A stretch of 64,000 nt of DNA from Carcharhinus amblyrhynchos. Its lineage: Eukaryota. The notes beneath the pieces were generated by a model. The model had not been told where the DNA came from. It did no database searches and was given only the letters and a program-made list of their open reading frames with translations. Position 1 is the stretch's first letter. Every line of letters begins with the position of its first letter. The stretch lies in NCBI GenBank assembly GCA_965287045.1, contig OZ336875.1, positions 54,622,001-54,686,000 on the forward strand. The letters are read 5' to 3'. Of the stretch, positions 50,791 to 61,855 are shown piece after piece. The position numbers and the translations under genes were made by a program.

Positions 50791-51914
50791 TCTAGCTGGT
50801 ATAGTGCACATTGCAGAATAATGATCAACTTGGCTGAGCTTCATATGCAATGCAAATTGTGGACAAAGGTCTTGTCCAGTGGTGCACAGTGTTCTTTTGA
50901 ATGATCAGATATACACAACAGATTCTCAGTTAATATATTGTCCCAATTTCCTCATTGTATTAAATATGGATTGCATTTCTTTTGCAGTTAAAAAAGGAGC
51001 AGCCTTTTCCATGGAAATATGTCTCACACAGAGGCAAATTATTCTGTCTGATGTTCAGTACAGTATTTTATGCTGAGCCGCATGTTCTAAAATGTAATCT
51101 ATCAGTAGTTGGAAGTGAAATAATTATTGACCTCCTTTTATCTACTACATGATAGAACACCACAGTAGCCATTCTTTTCCAAGCTTATTTTGTATTAAAA
51201 TGTGAATAAACCACAATGTTTACATCCATCCACGTGAAGTCTTATTTTAGCAATGCCCGGTGCATGGGGCCAGATTTAAGTGCGCTCGTGTACAAATGGA
51301 TTCAATAAGCAACTGAACAATGGCAGAAGTTACATTAGCTCTGGCTGTCACATCAAATTAGATGCAATATCGAGCAAAAAGAAAAGCCAACAATGGGTTT
51401 TAAAATTAGGCAGCACTTAGTTATATCCCTAGTTCACTGAAAGCCCAGAGTACATGGTGCTCTATTGTTAGTCTTTGCTTCCAACTTTTTACTGACTGAT
51501 TAGCACACTCCCTGTCTATACCAGCGGCACTTCCTGGAGCTATTTCAGCACTAAATGAATATTGCATACTGTTCATTAAATGTCCTTTCGTATTCTGACA
51601 GTGCCATCTGAACTCAAGGCAACCATAACAAAGACACAGTGAACGTCAGAGCACAATGAAAAACTCTCCAAGTGCAAAATTCACAAAAAAAATTCAACAA
51701 TTGCACTACAATTGTTTGTTTCATTACACATCCCTGAGATGGGGAGACAAGAAGAAATGTTTTTTATACAGCAAGTTGTTGCAGTGCTGACTGAAAGGGC
51801 AGTATAAGCAAATTCAACAATAACTTCCAAAAGAGATCTGGTTAATACCTGAAGGGGAAACCTGTAAGTCAAAGGGATAGAAAGAAAGTCAAAAAGACAG
51901 AAAGGGATAGAAAG

Positions 51915-52475
51915 ACTTGCACTTTTCTAGTGCACTTCATGACATCAAGCACATCAGTACACCTTTTGAACTGCAAAGTACTGCTGAAGTGCAATCAATG
52001 TTGTGGCTGTAGGAAACTCAGCAGCCATTTTGCATACAGCAAGATGTCACAAACAGCAATGTGATCATGATCAGTTAACCTCATTTATGTGGTGCTGATT
52101 GAGGGATAAATATTGGCCAGGACACTGAGGATAACTCCCCTCCTTTTCTTCAAAATAGTGCCATGGAACATTTTATGTCTATCTGGAAGCCCAACAGGAA
52201 GTGGAATCTTTCACCCTCCATGGAAAGTTTGGTGGCAGGGGGACATTAAATTTGGTAGTGGGTAGGGACCACCAGTGGCCTATCAAGAGCCTGATTGGCA
52301 TCTCTCTGCAGCACAGGATTCCACCTAGGGTCTTGTTTGCATGGCTCACCTGAAAAATGGCACCTCCAACAGTGCTGCACTTGCACTGATGTGTCAGCCT
52401 GGATTTTCCTTTTGTGCCCAAGTCCCATCATGACCCTCACATTCAGAGGCAAGAGTGCAACTAAGTGACCTATGA
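51915..52475 (-). mobile_element. Near full-length DeuSINE, nested in an old CR1 3' end
   Basis: Deu domain gattgagggataaatattggccaggacac..cttcaaaatagtgccatgg; cacctccaacagtgctgcac; L2-like tail acttgcacttttctagtgc. Confidence 0.75.
52199..52326. mobile_element. 128-bp MITE nested in DeuSINE
   Basis: Termini aagtggaatc and revcomp aggtggaatc. AGG at 52196-52198 and 52327-52329. Confidence 0.5.
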
Positions 52476-53846
52476 GTAACACGGAGCTGATAGAATGAAT
52501 GGCCTCTGCACTATATGATTGCACTATATGATTGCACAATTTTATGTATCTACAATCTGTCACTTAAAAAACACATAGGCAGCATCAGCAATAAACAGGG
52601 AACTTAATTTATTTAAAAACTGAAACAAAACAGGTTGTTAAAAAGGCAAAAAAATTAGCAATCAAATCTTTTTTCTCATGAACATAAGTTGCATTATCAA
52701 AACCACTATAAACATAACATCATTTTCACGTGATGTCACTGCAGCCATACTCAGCACAGGTGTTGCATTCACAGTTATTACCTTTCCCCTGTTTAACATC
52801 CAGTTTCCTTCAAGCTGCAGTCTTTGAAGCCATGAGCCATCGACATGAGATATGCTGAAATGCACGCTGTTGTACAGATTGCAAGTTCAGCTTAATTAGA
52901 TTTTCTGAAAGAATAGCTCAATATGACCAGCCATGCTACACTATAACATTACTTAAGATACATTTTATTTCCTCACATTAATATTTAATGCCATTAATCT
53001 GGCAATAGGTCTCTCCTGTGCTACCCTCTTCATCCTTTTTTAAAATGGAGTTAAAATCCTCTGACTTAAATCATGAACATTTAAACATCTAAATGCAATT
53101 CAGTTGTTTGATGTCCCTCTCTTGGTGATAATGAAGGAGGTTTGACTACCTTTAGTTTTATTGTTCTACCTTTCCATTCTCTATGGATTCCCTCATTAAT
53201 GATGTTGCAGGTGGCATCTCAGCAATGCTCCCTGTTTGATTCCCTTTCAACCCACAAAATCACCCTGGCAAGCAGCATCTTTGGAAGCATCATCATTTTG
53301 CACTTGCATGGGAAGTGCACGTTCACAGTTTCACATGCTGGGGTTTAGAGAGCGCTTATTTGCTGCCTGGATTTTTAAAAAAATGTGCTGCTAGCTTGGG
53401 GAAATGTATTTTAATTTGAAAACTAATTAGCCACTAATACATATCATGTTGCTATTGCTGCAAAGTGAATGGAAGCAGAATGGGCTGGAAATCTCTTCTC
53501 TCAGTTGGATTTACAGGTCTTGATTCAAACATCTGAAACAAGCCTAAACCTGGTCCTTGCTTCCCAGAATCAAATGCACCCATAATCTGGCATTGTTTGA
53601 CAGTAAACTGACTGTGTCGATATTGCACAGATGACAGAAACAAAGAGGTAAACATCATGGGTTAATTTTACAGGGGAACATATTGCACAGTCCAATGTAA
53701 TGTAGCAATGGAATGAGATCCTTAAGTGACCACCAATTGTCCACTTAAGGGCTTCAATAGGCCTTTGGGTGGGACGAACCTCACCCAAAAACACGTGAAA
53801 ACGCGCGAGATTATGTCAGGCGTGCATCCTGATGTCAGTGCACAAT

Positions 53847-54333
53847 GAACATAAGAACATAAGAAATAGGAGCAGGAGTAGGCCATCTAGCCCCTCGAGC
53901 CTGCCCCGCCATTCAATAAGATCATGGCTGATCTGTCGCGGCTCAGTTCCACATTCCCGCCCTCTCCCCATAACCCTTAATCCCCTTGCCTATCAAAAAC
54001 CTATCAACCCACGTCTTAAAAATATTGAGCGAGGCAGCCTCCACCACTTCAACGGGCAGAGAATTCCAGAGATTCACCACCCTTTGAGTGAAGAAGTTCC
54101 TCCTCAACTCCGTTCTAAACCGCCCCCCCCTTTATCCTGAGGCTGTGCCCTCTAGTCCTACTGTCCTTTCTGAGCAGGAAGAGCCTCTCCACCTCTATCC
54201 TATCCATCCCATTCAACATCTTATACATCTCAATGAGATCTCCCCTCATTCTTCCAAACTCTAACGAGTACAAGCCTAGTTTATTCAGCCTCTCCTCATA
54301 GTTCAACCCCCTCAACTCCGGAATCAGCCTAGT
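53847..54333 (-). mobile_element. Young CR1 3' fragment
   Basis: TRLIPELRGLNYEERLNKLGLYSLEF, very similar to the reverse of 44578-45063. Confidence 0.95.
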
Positions 54334-55557
54334 AATGGTTGGTGAGTGCACAAGAGTTGGAAGCCCACCAACAATTAAGCAGGAGATTTAGAAATTTAGC
54401 AGATTATGGAGACAATTGGAAGAAATTCTACATTGCCTGTCTGCTTTGGTGTTTGGGCTAACTGGCCAGGTGGTCTTTACATTTTAGCCGCAATCTTTAT
54501 CCATGGTGGGATGGAATGTCAGGACTGAAATAAATTTGAAACAGTTGTCTGGGGACCAAAGTATGTGCCTTGACACTCAATGCATAATTTTCCATCGCAG
54601 TTTATTTTCCACAGGTCTGTGGATACCTGAGCCAGCTGTGCAGCGGCTGCCTCCCAAGCATTTTGGAAGCGTCAGCCCACAGCCTATTTAATCCTTTTTG
54701 CAAACTCATGCACTGGATCACAGAAATTCAAGTTGCATTGAACATAACTTGTGTTGAAAATTCTGTGATCTTCTGTGCCTGTTAAGCCAATATCGGGAGA
54801 TCTGTGTCAAAAAAACACAATTTTGAAAATGCTTTTGACAATTTTTGAAAAATGCAGAGGTTGCAACAAGTTCTGAAATCATAGGCCGGTGGGTTATTTA
54901 AAATTGATCAGGATAATGGAACTGAACATTATATTAGAATCAAGGCACTAGTGTTTCTTATAGAGAATTATTGCCCTCAGCAATAATTGCCCTCAGAACT
55001 GCTGAAGCATTTGATGTATAGAATTCTGTGAGTAGGCTATCTCAGTGTCATGCAACCTGCTGGATTTCCATAGGGGTCATGTTTTTCTGCCTCTTCCGGT
55101 ACAAAGCATGTTTAAAGGATGGTTGAGTAGTGGATGAGGCAAGTTTATTCTCTTTTTCATTTGTCCCATGTCCCAAGGGGACAAGGCACATAATAAAAAC
55201 AATCTGGGCCATTCCACAACAATACACTTCCTTTCAATCATGAGTTGATCCTACCCATTTAATCACATGTGGAAAAGTTCCACAATAATGCCCCTTAATC
55301 CCCAGAGATATTCAAGCAAACTGCACAACATCCCACAGGTTTATTATTTAAGCCTACAGAGAATAGTTCTTAATCATTCTCTCTGCCCAATCAAAGGAGC
55401 CATCATAATCCATGGAGCACTTGATCGTGTCAGCCTATACTTATCCATGTAACCTTCAATACATTTCCCAACCAGACAGATATCCAAATATTTACAGCAG
55501 TTAAATTAATGTAACATTAACTGCTTTTGCTGGGAACCTTTTCCTGATACTCACTGA

Positions 55558-55895
55558 TAACAAAGAACAAAGAGCAACACAGCACAGGAAACAGGCCCTT
55601 TGGCCCAACGAGCCCACGCCGCCATCTCAACAATGTATTTTTCCTATACCTCCCTTGACCCATGTCTATCCTTATGGTACCCCCATTGGAAACCAGAATC
55701 AGGGGAGAATAATTTAGGGACAATACGTTTCACCAATCAGCCTAAGAGCACATCTTTGGGGTGTGGGAGGAAACCAGAGCACCCGGAGGAAACCCACACA
55801 ATCACAGGGAGAATACGCAAACTCCCACAGACACTGGCCCAAATCCATGTATCTGCACAGCTAGCAGTGATAGTCACTGAGCTGTTGTGGTGCCC
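55558..55895 (-). mobile_element. HE1-like V-SINE with CR1-derived tail
   Basis: V-domain gtgggtttcctccgggtgctctggtttcctcccacac. Tail aagggcctgtttcctgtgctgtgttgctctttgttctttgtt resembles the CR1 tail at 4480-4520. Confidence 0.85.
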
Positions 55896-56837
55896 ATCTG
55901 CTGGTCCAGTTTTAAGCATACACAAATGACACAAAGTACTAGCCACTCTCGAAACATCCAAGAGCAGCCCACGCATGACCCACCGTGTGCATGCCCCTGA
56001 TCTGTGGCGATGAACAATCTTCCAATTACTTAAAGCTTCTTGATTTTCAATTTCTATCCTCTGTTCTGCACCCATAGTCAAAGTACAATTGCTCTTATAT
56101 TGATGCCTCTCAACATTTTAAAGTACAGCGCAGTATAGGCCCTTTGGCCCTCAATGTTGCGCCGAGCTATGTTTGAACCCAAGATCAAGCTATCCCACTC
56201 CCTATCGTTCTGGTTTGGAGCATACTTCCCCATGGCTTCCATCTCCAAAGCTGTCGTTACATCCAGTTATTGCTTACATTCTCTTATGTATATCTTTTTA
56301 AAGGTAGAGCGACTAAAATGTATGCACATCGGTAAATTTTCAGCCTGTGAATATGGCCTAATCAGTGATCTACATCTATGATGGCTTGTTTGATTGCAAA
56401 GCAGGCAATGCTCTAGAAGTATTGAATTTCCTTGTCTGATCACCTGCTTAGCCAGTACTTCTGGCCAACCTAGCCCCCAACATCCTTCCCAACCTCAGCA
56501 AGCTCTCAAAGGAGTGTACAGTGCCAGGAGCCTGCTAAGCATATGGGAACACAGGAATTCAGAGCACAAATATGCAATTCAGCCCATCAAGCCTGCTCCA
56601 TCATTCAGTCAACTCATGGCTGAATTAAAATGAAGTTGACAGAAGTAAATTGGACAGAATAATCAGGGGAGCTATCTTGCCATGTTTCTGTCAAAAAACC
56701 TGCCACAGAGGAAGATCTAAGCCCAAATCTCTCAAAAGTTGCCCAGTTATTCTCATCCTACTTATTTACACTGATCATCCTCATCTGAAATTTGAAACAA
56801 TTTATAGCATCCAGCAAAATAAATACTTTTTTAAATT

Positions 56838-56954
56838 CTTTTAGCCAGCATTTATTGCCCATCCCTATTTGCCCTTGAGGGGATATTTAACAGTCAATGA
56901 CATTGCTTTGGATCTGGAGTCACAGAGTCAATAACACTACACCACTGCTTTCCC
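56838..56954 (-). mobile_element. Short internally deleted head+tail SINE of the Zenon-like family
   Basis: gccagcatttattgcccatccctatttgcccttg (tail) joined to cagtcaatgacattgc..gatctggagtcaca and aacactacaccactgctttccc (head start). Confidence 0.65.
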
Positions 56955-56979
56955 GTAATAGCTCAATGAAGCCTACTTG

Positions 56980-57110
56980 CTCTGACAGTAGATTACAAGT
57001 TCAAGCATCAGTGCAGACTTGAGCACACAATCTAGGCTGATGCTACAGTGCAACACTGAAAGAATGCTAAACTATTGAAGGTGCTTTACAATAAGATGCT
57101 AAATGAAGCA
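56980..57110 (+). mobile_element. DeuSINE 5' fragment
   Basis: gacttgagcacacaatctaggctgatgctacagtgcaacactga. Confidence 0.65.
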
Positions 57111-57825
57111 TCATCGGCAGACGACTACCGAGACCAGCACACAGATAAAGGCCAATATCTGCTTGGGTACTTGCCGGTCACGCAAAGTTAAGTCAAGATC
57201 TTGTATTGGATTTGAATTCTAGTATTTTCTGTAAGATAACTTATTGTTGGTCGGATGGGTGATTATTGATTGTGCGGGTTTAAATAAATATTGGTTGTAC
57301 TAACAAGACGTCTACTCGTAGTTATTTGTCCACCGTATAAGGGTTAAAACAGACTGTGCGGCAGGCAACAGTATGCTATGCAAAGTGTAATTAGTTGGTT
57401 TCAGCCTAGGAAGAAGTTACCGCTGTAGAGAATGTTAGTACCACAAGGTAAGAATTTAAAACTTATTCTAATAAAGTAGACTTTCTAGACAGAAGGCTAA
57501 TGTGGATACATTAGTATGAAATTACTTGAGCAGAGGAAAGATTAATAATTATATAAAATCCATCACTACCATTTTTAGAAAGCATTTTTCCCAAAACTTC
57601 ACCTAGTAAGAAAAAAAAGTGATCAAAAGGTCTCTGATAAGAAAATGGCATTTGATTTCCCTCTGACGATAGTGAAAGTTGGGATTATGGAATAGTCATT
57701 TATCCTTTATATTCATAAGAGTTCAGCGATAAGGAAGTATAGAGACATCTAATTAATAACCTTTGTAATCAAAGCATTGATATAACTCATTATATTGGTA
57801 ACAGGCTCATTAAGCATCAATAAGT

Positions 57826-60330
57826 GTAATATGCTGCTGAGGGAGCCTCAGGGAGTTGCTGCAGTGTGTCTTCTATATGTTACACAGTGATGGAGGGAGT
57901 AAATGTTGAAGCTGTGGATGGGATATCAATCAAGCAAATTGTGTTGCCTTGGATTGTGCAAGACTCTTCAGTGTTATTGTAGCTGCACTCATCCAAGTAA
58001 ATGGAAAGTATTCCATCAAGCCCCTGACTTGTGCCTTGTAAATAGTGGACAGTACTTAGGATGTTAGAAGGTGAGTTATCCTCCACAGAATTCCCAGTCT
58101 CTGATCTTTTCCTGTGGCTAGAGTATATACATATACTGGTCCAATTAAGTTTCTGGTCAATAGTATCCACAGGCTATTAATAATGGGGGATTCAGCGATA
58201 ATCATACTGTTGAACATCAAGGGGATATGATCAGATTCTGTCCTGTTGGATATCATTGTTGCCTGGCACTTGTGTGGCACAAATGTTGCTTGCCACTGAA
58301 TAGTCCAAGTCTGAATATTGGCCAGGTCTTGTTTACATGTTGACATGACTGCTTCAGTTTCTGAGAAGTCACAAATGGGGTTGAATACTGTTCCAATTAT
58401 CCACAAAAATCGAGGGAACATCAATGATGAAGCAGCTGAAGATGGTTGAAACTAGGACATTATGCTAACAAACTCCTACAGTGATGTCCTGAGACTGAGA
58501 TGCTTAACTTTCAAAATTCACAACCATTTTTCTTTGTGTGAGATATGATTCCAACCAGAGGAAGTCTTTTACCTGATTCCTATTGACTTCAATTTTGCCA
58601 GAGCTTCTTGATGTCACACTTGGTTAAACGCTGCCTTGATGTCAGTCGCAGTCATTCTCACTTCACCTCTGGGATTCAGTACTGTAATCTAAGTTTGGGC
58701 CAAGGTTGTTATGAGGTCTGAAGCCAGATGACTCTGGCAGAATGCAAACTGAGCATCAGTGAGTAGGGTAAATACCACACTTTCCATCACTTCATTGATG
58801 ATCAGGTGTAGATTGATGGGCCAGTAAATGGTCAGATTGTCCTTGCCTGCGTTTTGTGAACAGGACGTACCAGAGGAATTTCTACATGCTCTGGTAGATG
58901 CCAGTGTTGTAGTTACGTTGGAACAGCCTGCCCAGCGGCACTGCTCGTTCCAGAGCATAAATCTTCAGTACTACAGATGTGATGTTGTCAGGCCTTTTAC
59001 AGTATCCAATGCCTTCAGCCATTCATTGATATCACATGCAGTGAATTGAATTGACTACAAACTGACATTTATGGTGCTAGGGCACCAAGAGGAGACTGAG
59101 ACAGATCATCTACTTGGCACCTCTGGGTGAAAATAGCTATAAACTATTCAGTCTTGTTTTGTGCAGTGATGTGCTAAGCTCCCCCATCGTTGAAGATGAG
59201 ATGTTTGTACAGCCTTCTTTCATTAGAAGTTGAATTTTGCACCACAATTGTGCACAACTGAATAGCTTTCACGTGTTCTGTTGAATGTGGGAATTGCTTA
59301 GCCCTGTCTTTCACTTTCACTTGTACTTCTTCCAAATAGTGTTCAACATGGAGATATTCATTAATTGGGAGATGGCAGAAGGTTGTAACGAGTAGGTTTT
59401 CTCTTCCAAGTTTGAACCGCTGTCATCAGATTTTATGCTTTAGGGAGTCAATGTTGAGAACTCCCAGAGCCACCCTTTCCTGACTGCATATGACTGCCCA
59501 ACCTACAGGACATACCCAGGGATGGTGACGAAGGAGTCTTGGGCATTAATTGTAAAGTATGATTTAGTGTAGACTATGTCAGTGATAGCCCACCCTCCCA
59601 ATTTTGGCACAATTCACCAGATATTAGTGAGGTGGACATTGCAGGAACATCTGGGCAGAGCGTGTTTTTGTTGCCTAGACCAATGTTGGGTGGCGTACCT
59701 GTTTTTATTTTTATTCAACTTCCTGTACAGGTTCAATACAACTGAGTGGCTTGCTAAGCCATTTTAGTGGACAGTTAATAGTCAACCACATTGCATTAGA
59801 TCTGGAAGTCACACATAGGCTAGATGGGATAAGGATGGCAGATTTCTTACTCTGACAGACTGAGTGAACTAAATGAGTTTTTATGACAATCTACTGAAAG
59901 TAATTTTTAATTCCAAATTTATCAATTAATTGAATTTAAATGCTCTCAGCGCCAAGGTGGGATTTGAAGTCATGTTTTTGGAACAGTAATCTGGGCCTCT
60001 AGATTGCTAGTTCAGTAATATAACCACAGAGTTCCCATTCCTGTAGTTTCTAGAAGAATAATAATAGCGGACACATAAAAGAACCACCATCAATAAGTTC
60101 CTGTCCAAGTCGCACACCATCCTGACTTAGAAATATACCACCACTCTTTCACTATCACAGGGTTAAAATCCTGAAACTCTCTGCCTAATAGCACTGCGGA
60201 TGTACCTACACCAGATGATATGCAGTGGTTCAAACAAGTGGTTTCCCACCACCTTATCAAGGACAGTTAGGGATGGGCAATAAATGCTGGCCTTGTCAGC
60301 GATACGCAAGTCCCATGAATGGAAAAAAGG
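57826..60330. mobile_element. CR1/Zenon-like single-ORF LINE with tRNA-like 5' head: inverted segment 57826-60036 (-) plus sense 3' end ~60040-60330 (+)
   Basis: Minus strand, in order: head with B-box-like ttcaaatcccacc; endonuclease start (TNIW..VPKLG..DIVYTKSY..TIPGYVL); RT remnants (YWPINL, LLTDAQFAF, DIKAAFNQV, WQATFVPHKCQA). Plus strand: final codons and tail gggatgggcaataaatgctggcc. Confidence 0.85.
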
Positions 60331-60639
60331 TATCACCTTTACTGCTGAAGTTCCAAAGAGCCTTTATAGGGTTAATTAATATGGCTAATATCCCTAATAC
60401 TGCATAATCATCAACAATATATGTGTGATTAGTACATGGCTAAGTTAGCCTGATACATCAGCAGCAATGTAACGATACTGCCCCATTCTCTCTACAGGCA
60501 TGCCCATGGTTGTTTGACAGGCTCTTTATTTACCCATCTCTTGCTATTTATTACCAAGGTAGCTATTCATTACTCGCAATCTCCTTTTACATCCTGATTA
60601 GGTTGCACTATTCCTATTCATTAAAATTCCTCAGATATC

Positions 60640-61760
60640 TTCACACTTGGTTGGCAAAGCTCTGTACATTGTTGTGCATGATGTAGATATTCAGAGTACT
60701 TGCCATGCAAAAAAGTTTGTTAGGTATATCAGCCAAATAGCCCAATAAAGCCTGGAGAAAATGGTCAAGGAAATGGTGGTGGAACGAGGAATGTAGAATA
60801 CTCCTCATTGAGTTTGCAGATTCTTTCTGCACATTTATCACAAGACAGGCATAAAGCAAAAACTGGGGGATACAGTGATCCCATCACTTCATGCAGCACT
60901 AGGAAGAAAAGCATATTCAATAGTCCAGCTTTGATGTACTTCATAATTGTGACAGCAGAAGTCTGCATATCTGGCAGTTCTTTTGGAAACACTTTTGTAG
61001 CTAGCACCTTCCTTTGTGTAAAATTGTGATGCCAAATCGCAGCATGTTGCAACAGCCTAGAAGTGTCCTAGAAGTTTGCCATCCATAATCTGTCCACGCA
61101 AATACTGATACTAATATTCCACTCCATGTTTTTATTTGTAATGTACCACTCCTCAGCAGTAGTGCTCATTGAGGCGGAACAGCAAAAGGTAAACTTCTTT
61201 TGGATCTCAAATCAACTTACCTATTGAACAAAAAACGTTATGTGTGCTGCAATTGCAGAGACAGCACTTTGACCATCAATTTGTAATGCAAGAATAATTC
61301 TCCAACTCTATAGCTTGAAGTAGCTACACCTCAAAGTCTCCTGCCATACCAGAAATCTTGCTGCAAACCATATTAGCAGATACTGGGATGAGACTTCACT
61401 GCTCAGCAATTTCCCTTCCATGCACTATTGATGCCATTTCATCTGCCTCTAGCATGCAGTACAAGATTTTCACCAATCATTAAGTTTTTCCACTTCTTGC
61501 TATTTCTTATGGGTCAGTATGCGATGCTTTAAGTGCTTTGGCAAGGGTAGCACTACATACTTTGATCACTCACCCTTGTCTTTTCAGTTGAAAGAGTCTT
61601 CAATAAAAAAGAACACCTTGTGATCCACCTTGGAGGAAAGATTGATTTGTCTCCAAATGTCAATTTATTTCCCAGTTTCAAGTCATCCTGAACAAGAATC
61701 TTAGGACAAACAATACATTGTGATCAAAGTAGGAAGGATATTACTTCTTTTGCCTGCCTC
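60640..61760 (-). pseudogene. Decayed hAT (Charlie/Buster-like) transposase
   Basis: Ordered remnants: QCIVCPKIL; HLETN; ALKAS..IARSGKT..IGENLVL; IPVSANMVCSKISGMAGD; LALQIDG; FCC..TTAEE..W..SICVD; WHHNFTQRKVLATK..AVTIMKYIKA..LN..EVMGS; LGYLADIPNKL. Confidence 0.75.
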
Positions 61761-61855
61761 TATTTGTTCCTTGCATGGGGTCAACATCATGAACAAAATA
61801 CACCCTATTCTTTTAATATCATCTAATACTAAACTTCATGCTCATGTCCATTATA

